A stretch of DNA of 64,000 nucleotides, taken from an uncultured Alphaproteobacteria bacterium. GTDB lineage: Bacteria > Pseudomonadota > Alphaproteobacteria > HIMB59 > GCA-002718135. The notes beneath the pieces are model-generated. The model had not been told where the DNA came from. It worked only from the letters and a program-made list of their open reading frames with translations, and made no database searches. Shown in pieces: positions 32,969 to 40,308 of this stretch (the first letter of the stretch is position 1; each line of letters opens with the position of its first letter). Location: the NCBI GenBank assembly GCA_902621725.1, contig CACNND010000003.1, positions 47,782 to 111,781 of the forward strand, given 5' to 3'. A program made the translations under genes and the position numbers.

Positions 32969-33928
32969 TTAATATTTAATTAGATGCATTATTGTATCCT
33001 TATTTTGAAGAATTTTATAGTAATCTTTTTCTAAATCAAAAAAATTACTTTCACTAGTAATTAATTTTTCTAATTTTGAATTTTTTAAAGATTTAATTGC
33101 TAATTTTAATCTCCCATCAAAATCATATTTATTTTTCATGTATTTTGGTATTTTAGATACCTGTGAGCTGATTATTTTTAATCTTTTAGAATGAAAATAC
33201 CCGCCTAGGGAAACTTCTCCTTTATTTTTACCATACCAACTAGCTTCTACTATTTTTCCTTCGATAGATAATTTTTCCATTAAAGAATTTAAAACTTTAT
33301 AATTAGCTGTAGTGTTTATTGCTACATCTATTTTCTCAATCTTTCTTATGTCAATAAAATTTAATCCTAAATAATTAGCAATTTTTCTTTTATTTTTATT
33401 ATTATCAAAAACATAAACATCTTTATATCCATTAATTTTAAAAAAAAATGCAGTTAATAATCCTACAGAGCCAAGTCCTACAATTAGAATTTTGTGATTA
33501 CTTTTAGATTGAGCGTCCCAAAAGATATTAATTGCTGTTTCCATATTTGCAGTAAGAATATATTTTCTCAAATTTCCGGTTGGAAGAAAAATTAAATTTT
33601 GAATAGAAATTTCATATAAATCTTGATGGGGATAAAGGCTAAATATTTTTTTATTTATATATTTACCTGGACCATCGATAATATTCCCAACATTTATATA
33701 ACCGTATTTTATAGGTAAATTAAAAGAACCCTCTTGAAATGGGGCTTTCATTAATTCAAATTGATCCTTACTTACGCTTTTAGATGAAACTAATTTTTCA
33801 GTTCCCTTACTAATACCTGAGTAAATAGTTTTAACTAAAACTGTTTTGTTATTTTTATTGTAAACAAGTTTTTTTTGATAAATTTTAGCTTGTTTTTTTT
33901 TATCAATCCATAAAGAATAAGATTTCAT
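32969..33928 (-). CDS. Zinc-binding alcohol dehydrogenase-like (MDR) protein
   Basis: YSGISKGTE, PIKYGY..VG, PHQ, ANMETAIN, GLGSVG, EASWYG, FHSKRL.IISSQV. Confidence 0.85.
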   Translation of the reverse strand: MKSYSLWIDKKKQAKIYQKKLVYNKNNKTVLVKTIYSGISKGTEKLVSSKSVSKDQFELMKAPFQEGSFNLPIKYGYINVGNIIDGPGKYINKKIFSLYPHQDLYEISIQNLIFLPTGNLRKYILTANMETAINIFWDAQSKSNHKILIVGLGSVGLLTAFFFKINGYKDVYVFDNNKNKRKIANYLGLNFIDIRKIEKIDVAINTTANYKVLNSLMEKLSIEGKIVEASWYGKNKGEVSLGGYFHSKRLKIISSQVSKIPKYMKNKYDFDGRLKLAIKSLKNSKLEKLITSESNFFDLEKDYYKILQNKDTIMHLIKY

Positions 33929-33956
33929 AATTTACTTATAAATGTATAATAAAAAA

Positions 33957-34709
33957 ATGCTAACAAACTTTTGGGAAGAATTAACAACAAATGAAATTAA
34001 AAAAATAAATAGAAAAACAGTTTTAATTTTCCCATTTTCATCAATAGAACAACATGGTACGCACCTTCCATTAAATACTGATAAAAAAATTCTTGAAGGA
34101 ATATTATTAGAATTCAATAAAAAATATAATTCAAATAAATATTTAATTATGCCTGAAATATATTTTGGTTCAGCTGCTGAACATACAGATTTTGATGGAA
34201 CTATAAGTATTGATTCATTGGAATTTATATCGCACTCTTTATCAATTTTAGAAAATATATGTAAATTGAAATTTAAAAATATATTACTTTTAAATAGTCA
34301 TGGTGGACAAATTAGTCATATAGATATTATTGCTAAAGAATTGAAATCAGAATTTAAGATAAACATAGTAAAAGGCACATATTTTTTATTTGATCAATTT
34401 AAAGGGATTATATCAAGTAAAGAAAAAGACTTTGGTTATCACGGTGGAGAATTTGAAACATCTATTATGTTATATTTATTTCCAAACTTAGTTAGACAAT
34501 CTAAAATTTCCAAACATAGATTATCTCCCGATTATTTATCATCTAAAACCATTTCTTATGAGAAAAATATTAAGAAAGCTTGGGTAACTAAAGAATTAAG
34601 TAAAAGTGGAATTATTGGAGATCCTAGAAAATCCAATGCAGAGATAGGAAAAAAAATAATTGATAGAGTAACACAAAAATTAAATAAAATAATAAATGAG
34701 ATGTTTTAG
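33957..34709 (+). CDS. Creatininase-family amidohydrolase
   Basis: SIEQHGTHLPLNTD, EHTDFDGT, NSHGG, HGGEFETS, GIIGDP. Confidence 0.9.
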   Translation: MLTNFWEELTTNEIKKINRKTVLIFPFSSIEQHGTHLPLNTDKKILEGILLEFNKKYNSNKYLIMPEIYFGSAAEHTDFDGTISIDSLEFISHSLSILENICKLKFKNILLLNSHGGQISHIDIIAKELKSEFKINIVKGTYFLFDQFKGIISSKEKDFGYHGGEFETSIMLYLFPNLVRQSKISKHRLSPDYLSSKTISYEKNIKKAWVTKELSKSGIIGDPRKSNAEIGKKIIDRVTQKLNKIINEMF

Positions 34710-34732
34710 ATTTTTATTTATTAAGAATTAAA

Positions 34733-35296
34733 TTAAAAAAATTTTTCGTATACCTCATTGTACTCACAATCATATACCTCACAGTTATCCAGCATATATT
34801 CAGTTATTTGACTTAAGAATGTACCATGACTGACTAATACAATTTTTTGTAAATTAAGTTTTTTGATAGATAGTAGAAAAGACCTTAATCTTATTTTAAT
34901 ATCATTGTGAGACTCTTGTATAATTTTTTTTTCATTAATAGGTTTGTTATTATTCCACCAAAAATCATTTAAATTATTAAAATCAAAATCATTAAATTCT
35001 TTTTTTAATTTTTTTGGTTGTCTTCCTACATCACATGAATGGTACAAATGTTCTCTTATTAATGGTTCAATTACAGGTTTATTTGATGGAAAAACAATAG
35101 AGAATGTTTCCAAAGTTCTTGTTAAGGGGGAGCAAAAATAATTATCAAATTTGATATTTTTAATTCTATTATTTAATTTTTTTGCTTGCTCAACTCCTCT
35201 TTGAGTAATTCTTGCATCATAATAATAAGTTGGATTATCTAAATCTGATGCTGCATTAGCTTCTGACTCTGCATGTCTAATAAGATATAATTTCAT
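34733..35296 (-). CDS. Histidine phosphatase (phosphoglycerate mutase family)
   Basis: LIRHAES, SPLTRT, CDVG, LVSHG. Confidence 0.88.
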   Translation of the reverse strand: MKLYLIRHAESEANAASDLDNPTYYYDARITQRGVEQAKKLNNRIKNIKFDNYFCSPLTRTLETFSIVFPSNKPVIEPLIREHLYHSCDVGRQPKKLKKEFNDFDFNNLNDFWWNNNKPINEKKIIQESHNDIKIRLRSFLLSIKKLNLQKIVLVSHGTFLSQITEYMLDNCEVYDCEYNEVYEKFF

Positions 35297-35351
35297 TTTT
35301 TAACTATAAATACGATAAACGATCATGCATCAGTAAGTATAAAACTTAGCT

Positions 35352-35489
35352 TTATTTACGGGAAGAAACGGCCAATAGCAATGGCACAATCATAACTAAA
35401 GTTGTTAAGACTGATGGATTAAATAACCAATAAAGAACACCTAGAGAAAATATTAACATCCAGAATTCATTTTTATATAAAAATTTCAT
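35352..35489 (-). CDS. Small membrane protein (45 aa), hypothetical
   Basis: Manual translation MKFLYKNEFWMLIFSLGVLYWLFNPSVLTTLVMIVPLLLAVSSRK*; starts 15 bp after the mtkB stop. Confidence 0.55.
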   Translation of the reverse strand: MKFLYKNEFWMLIFSLGVLYWLFNPSVLTTLVMIVPLLLAVSSRK

Positions 35490-35504
35490 TATTTTTTAAT
35501 TATA

Positions 35505-36401
35505 TTAATTCAAATTATTTTCTACTAATACTTTTTTAACAGTTTCACCCATTACAGAAGGGTTTTTGGAAATTGTAACTCCACACTCTTTAAGAAGTTC
35601 TACTTTTTCTATTGCGCTTTCACCATAAGCAGAAACAATTGCGCCAGCATGGCCCATAACACGACCTTTAGGTGCAGTTAGTCCTGCTATATACGCAATG
35701 ACCGGTTTACTCATATTTTCTCTAGCAAATTGTCCAGCTTCAACTTCTTGTGGACCACCTATTTCACCTATCATTAAAACTGCAATAGTTTCATCATCAT
35801 TTTCAAACTTTTCAATTATATCCCTAAAAGAACTTCCATTTATTGGATCGCCTCCTATACCTACACTTGTTGAAACACCAATTTCCAAATCTTTAAGTTG
35901 TTGTGCAGCTTCATATCCCAAAGTGCCAGATCTACTAACTATTCCTATTTTACCTTCTTTGTAAATGTGGCCAGGCATAATACCTAACATAGATTTACCA
36001 GGGCTAATTATTCCTGCACAATTTGGACCTACTAATCCCATTTTTTTATCTTTTGGATATCTTCTCATGTATCTTTTTATTTTAACCATATCATGAGAAG
36101 GAATACCGTCAGTAATAGCCACACAGGTCTTAATACCTGCATCAGCAGCTTCCATTGCTGAGTCAGCTGCAAAGGCTGGTGGAACAAATAAAATTGATGT
36201 TGATGCTCCAGTTTGATCTACAGCTTCTTTAACAGTATTAAAAACAGGAAGATTTAAATGAGTCATGCCACCCTTACCAGGCGTTACCCCGCCAACAACG
36301 TTAGAACCATACTTAATCATTTCTTCAGCATGAAAACTTCCAATTTTTCCAGTGAAACCTTGGACTAAAATCTTTGTATTTTTGTGAATGATTATAGACA
36401 T
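35505..36401 (-). CDS. mtkB: Malate--CoA ligase (malate thiokinase) alpha subunit / SucD-like
   Basis: VGGVTPGKGG, GPNCAG, SRSGTLGYE, MGHAGA; follows mtkA and mcl. Confidence 0.8.
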   Translation of the reverse strand: MSIIIHKNTKILVQGFTGKIGSFHAEEMIKYGSNVVGGVTPGKGGMTHLNLPVFNTVKEAVDQTGASTSILFVPPAFAADSAMEAADAGIKTCVAITDGIPSHDMVKIKRYMRRYPKDKKMGLVGPNCAGIISPGKSMLGIMPGHIYKEGKIGIVSRSGTLGYEAAQQLKDLEIGVSTSVGIGGDPINGSSFRDIIEKFENDDETIAVLMIGEIGGPQEVEAGQFARENMSKPVIAYIAGLTAPKGRVMGHAGAIVSAYGESAIEKVELLKECGVTISKNPSVMGETVKKVLVENNLN

Positions 36402-36403
36402 GA

Positions 36404-37564
36404 TTATCCAAGAGCCTTCACTGCTTTATTTGCTGCATCTTCTAAAGTTGATGCTTCAATGTAATTTATATTGCTTTTTTTAAGTATTTCATTTCCCTTT
36501 TCGACGTTAGTTCCAGCTAAACGTATAACTAAAGGATGTTTAATTTCAATTTTTGATAAAGCTTGAACAATTCCTTCTGCAACCCAATCACATCTGTTAA
36601 TCCCTGCAAAGATATTAACTAATATCACCTTAACTTTTGTGTCCATAGAGATTAATTTAAAAGCTTTAACTATTTTTTCAGGTGTTGCACCTCCGCCAAC
36701 ATCTAAAAAATTTGCAGGTTCACCACCAGCAAGTTTTATCATATCCATTGAAGCCATTGCTAAGCCTGCACCATTAATAATATTACCAATATTCCCATCT
36801 AGACTTACATAATTCATTCCTCTGTCAGAAGCATAAACTTCATTTGAATTTTCTTGTGTTTTATCTCTAAGTTCTGAAATTTCATCTCTTCTAAACATTG
36901 CATTATTATCAAAACTCATTTTACAATCTAATGCTAGTATTTCATCTTGTTGTGATACAACTAATGGGTTAACTTCAACCATTGTCGCATCAAGCTCACT
37001 AAAAGCTTTATAACAACCAATAATTGTATTTGCTGCTCTTGAGATCAATTTGGATTCAATTCCTAAACCAAAAGCTATTTCTCTTGCTTGAAATTGTTGA
37101 ATTCCAACTGCTACTTCTATTTTAGATCGTATAATTGTTTCAGGTTTTTCTTTTGAAATTTCTTCGACACTCATTCCACCTTCTGTTGAGGCTACAACCA
37201 TTATACTTTCTGAAGATCTATCAAACACTAAACCTAAATATAATTCATGTTTGATATCAGTTGCTTCTTCAATATAAATTCTATTTATTATCTTACCCTC
37301 TGGACCAGTTTGGTTTGTAATTAATTTTTTACCTAACAATTTATCAGTTGCATCAGCAACTTCTAACGGAGAATTACATATTATAATTCCTCCCGCTTTA
37401 CCTCTAGCACCAGAGTGAACTTGTGCTTTTACAACCCATTTTGAACCACCAATTTCTCTCGCTTTATTTTCTGCATTTTCTGGACTATAAACAATACCGC
37501 CAGTGGGAATTTTAACTCCAAAATCGGACAATATTTTTTTTGCTTGATATTCGTGTATGTCCAT
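36404..37564 (-). CDS. mtkA: Malate--CoA ligase beta subunit / SucC-like
   Basis: MDIHEYQAK, VHSGARGKAGG; NIFAGINRCDWVAEG is MtkA-type rather than SucC NIFGGI.RCD; adjacent to mcl. Confidence 0.82.
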   Translation of the reverse strand: MDIHEYQAKKILSDFGVKIPTGGIVYSPENAENKAREIGGSKWVVKAQVHSGARGKAGGIIICNSPLEVADATDKLLGKKLITNQTGPEGKIINRIYIEEATDIKHELYLGLVFDRSSESIMVVASTEGGMSVEEISKEKPETIIRSKIEVAVGIQQFQAREIAFGLGIESKLISRAANTIIGCYKAFSELDATMVEVNPLVVSQQDEILALDCKMSFDNNAMFRRDEISELRDKTQENSNEVYASDRGMNYVSLDGNIGNIINGAGLAMASMDMIKLAGGEPANFLDVGGGATPEKIVKAFKLISMDTKVKVILVNIFAGINRCDWVAEGIVQALSKIEIKHPLVIRLAGTNVEKGNEILKKSNINYIEASTLEDAANKAVKALG

Positions 37565-38502
37565 TACTTACTTTCAATTAACTTATTAATATTTACAACA
37601 TTTTCAGCCATTCTAGCAGATGCAGCATCTATCATTCTTCCATCAAGCTGAGCAGCGCCCTTTCCTTCAGCAGCTGCTTTTTCTAATTCTAATAATATTC
37701 TTTTTGCTTTATCTATTTCTTCTTTGGGTGGAGAAAAAACTTCATTAGCTAAATCTATTTGCGATGGATGTATTGCCCATTTACCCTCAAAACCAATTGC
37801 TGCCGCTCTTTTTGCTGCATCAAGATATCCTTGTTTGTCATTAAAATCTCCAAAAGGTCCGTCTATTGCTCTTAAGCCATATGATCTACAGGTCATTACT
37901 AAAGTTGATAAGCCATGATGCCATTGATCACCAGGGTAATCAGGATTTAAACCTCCTATGACAACAGTTCTTGCTCGCATACTTGCAGCATAATCTGCAA
38001 CTCCAAAGTGTAATGCTTCTAGCCTAGAACTTGATGTTGCAATTGATTGGATGTTAGACATTCCTAGCGCTGTTTCAATTAAACATTCTAAACCTATTCT
38101 ATTTTCAAATTTTTTATTTTGTTCAATTTGATTGAGCATACAATCAACCATATATACATCAGATGATGAGCCTACTTTTGGAATTAATAATGTATCAATC
38201 TTATCACCGACCTCTTCTATAATTTCAATCACATCACGATACATATAGTGTGTATCCAAACCGTTAATTCTTATAGAGATTGTTTTACCTTCTTCTCTCC
38301 AATTGTATTCTTTTATTGCATTTATAACATTTTTTCTTGCATCAATTTTATCATTTGGAGATACTGCATCTTCTAAATCTAAAAAAATATAATCGGCATT
38401 TGATTTTAATGCTTTTTCAAACATCCTTGGATTAGAGCCTGGAACCGCCAATTCACTTCTGTGTAATCTAGATTTTGCAGGTTTATAAAATAAATGGCTC
38501 AT
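37564..38502 (-). CDS. mcl: Malyl-CoA lyase (CitE/HpcH family)
   Basis: RLHRSELAVPGSN, DLEDAV, RINGLDTHYMYRD, LHFGVADYAAS, IDGPFGDF, GKWAIHPSQ. Confidence 0.87.
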   Translation of the reverse strand: MSHLFYKPAKSRLHRSELAVPGSNPRMFEKALKSNADYIFLDLEDAVSPNDKIDARKNVINAIKEYNWREEGKTISIRINGLDTHYMYRDVIEIIEEVGDKIDTLLIPKVGSSSDVYMVDCMLNQIEQNKKFENRIGLECLIETALGMSNIQSIATSSSRLEALHFGVADYAASMRARTVVIGGLNPDYPGDQWHHGLSTLVMTCRSYGLRAIDGPFGDFNDKQGYLDAAKRAAAIGFEGKWAIHPSQIDLANEVFSPPKEEIDKAKRILLELEKAAAEGKGAAQLDGRMIDAASARMAENVVNINKLIESK

Positions 38503-38558
38503 TAGAGAAAAATTATATATTTGATTAATATTATAAAAGCGATAAAAAAATTTAAATA

Positions 38559-39215
38559 TTATAAAGATATTTCTTTAAGGCAATTTTCATCATTATTTTT
38601 TGGATTATTTACAATTTTTGATACTGGATAAAAGTCTAAATCATCCTCGATAACACTTTTGTTTTTATGTAGAAATTCATTTTCATTATCATTAAGAAAA
38701 TCAAGACCCTCATTATGAGACATAATAAGAGGCATTCTATTATGTATATGGGAAAGATTTTCATTTGCCTCCTTAGTAATGATGCAGACAACATTCATTT
38801 TTTTATTATCTCTTATTTCTTCCCTCCAAATTCCCCCAAAAAATAATAATTCATTTCTAGGAATTGATATTAAATAGGGTTGTTTTTGATTATTTATATT
38901 TTTCCATTCATAATATCCATTTGCAATAATAAGACATTTTCTTTTAGTAAATGATTCTTTAAATAAATATTTATCATTAATCGTTTCAATTCTTGCATTA
39001 ATAACAAATTGAGTAACATTATTTTGTTTACTAAAAAAACTATAACTCCAAATAAAAGTATCTATTAAAAGTTTATGATTATTTTCATAAATAATATTAA
39101 CGATATTAGAAGGCGATATATTATATGACTTATGTGCGTAATTTAAAACTTCTGAGTTAGGAAATAGTTTTGTAATTTTTTCTTTATCTTCAGTGCTTGT
39201 AAATCTTCCGCACAC
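38559..39215 (-). CDS. SOS response-associated peptidase (SRAP/YedK/HMCES), abasic-site protection protein
   Basis: MCGRF N-terminus, INARIET, GYYEW, IHNRMP, VNNPKNN. Confidence 0.92.
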   Translation of the reverse strand: MCGRFTSTEDKEKITKLFPNSEVLNYAHKSYNISPSNIVNIIYENNHKLLIDTFIWSYSFFSKQNNVTQFVINARIETINDKYLFKESFTKRKCLIIANGYYEWKNINNQKQPYLISIPRNELLFFGGIWREEIRDNKKMNVVCIITKEANENLSHIHNRMPLIMSHNEGLDFLNDNENEFLHKNKSVIEDDLDFYPVSKIVNNPKNNDENCLKEISL

Positions 39216-39673
39216 TATGATGCTTGTGATAAAGGCATTGGTCTAGAAACACCGACAGTCATCCAGCAATCTTTAAACTCACCGTTTTGCTCTACTTTTT
39301 CTACTGTCCATTCGAAACCAAATTTTTTTCCATTACTATCTGTAAGTTCTACAAAGTAATATGAGCTTTTTTCTTGTTCCTGAACAGGAATTATATTGTG
39401 TTCTAAGTGATCAATCATCATTGCGTAAGATGGATTTTTAATCATCCTAATAAAATTGTCTAGAGGACCTGTATACATTCTATTATTAGGATGTGCAAAT
39501 TCCCAAGTTTGTTCAATACCGGCATCGTCAAAAGGTAAATTATTTTTTTGTAGTGCTTTTAATTGAATTGAAATAACTTCTTTAGGGCCAATTGAAGGGT
39601 CTGGTTTTATCATTTCTCCATAAACATTTTTTGATAATAAAATAAACAAACTAAACAATATAATTTTGTGCAT
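39215..39673 (-). CDS. Exported DUF4864-like protein
   Basis: Signal peptide; QLKALQKN, FAHPNN, F.RMI..P.Y, CWMT.GV. Confidence 0.65.
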   Translation of the reverse strand: MHKIILFSLFILLSKNVYGEMIKPDPSIGPKEVISIQLKALQKNNLPFDDAGIEQTWEFAHPNNRMYTGPLDNFIRMIKNPSYAMMIDHLEHNIIPVQEQEKSSYYFVELTDSNGKKFGFEWTVEKVEQNGEFKDCWMTVGVSRPMPLSQAS

Positions 39674-39708
39674 ATTTTTAAAATAGTGTAATTACAATTT
39701 AAGGCAAT

Positions 39709-40308
39709 ATGTATATTTATGATTTTATCCAAGGATTAATAATTGGAGGAACATTAATTATAGCCATAGGACCTCAAAATTTATTTGTAATACAGCAAGG
39801 GCTTAAAAAATCTTATGTTTTTACAGTTACTTTATTTTGCAGTCTATCAGACAGTTTACTAATTATAATTGGAATATATTTATCTAATTATATTGTTCAA
39901 ATTAATCCAAGTATTATAGGAATAATAAAAGTATTAGGTGGAATTTGGCTTATATCTTATGGATTAAATAAAATTATAAAATTAAATAAATTTAAAAATA
40001 TAAATAAAGAATTAAATATAATTAACGAATTCGGTAAAATATTAATTACCTTGCTTCTTATTACATACGCAAATCCTCATGTTTATATAGATACAATTAT
40101 TTTGCTTGGATCATTATCAACAAATTTTAATGATCAATTTTCATTTGGTATTGGAGCAATTTCAGCTAGTTTTTTGTTTTTCTTTTCTTTGGGATATATG
40201 TCAAAGTTCATATCAAAATATATTTATTCAAATAAAACTTGGTTTTGGATTGATCTAACCATTGGCATGCTAATGATTAGTTATGGGATATATTTTATAA
40301 TTTTTTAA
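39709..40308 (+). CDS. LysE/ArgO family amino acid exporter
   Basis: LIIAIGPQNLFV.QQG, NPHVYIDT. Confidence 0.9.
   Translation: MYIYDFIQGLIIGGTLIIAIGPQNLFVIQQGLKKSYVFTVTLFCSLSDSLLIIIGIYLSNYIVQINPSIIGIIKVLGGIWLISYGLNKIIKLNKFKNINKELNIINEFGKILITLLLITYANPHVYIDTIILLGSLSTNFNDQFSFGIGAISASFLFFFSLGYMSKFISKYIYSNKTWFWIDLTIGMLMISYGIYFIIF

Noticed and set aside
35505-37564. Calling these genes sucCD
   Set aside because: The MtkA-type motif and coupling to malyl-CoA lyase, without sucAB/mdh, favour malate thiokinase, although substrate specificity is unproven.
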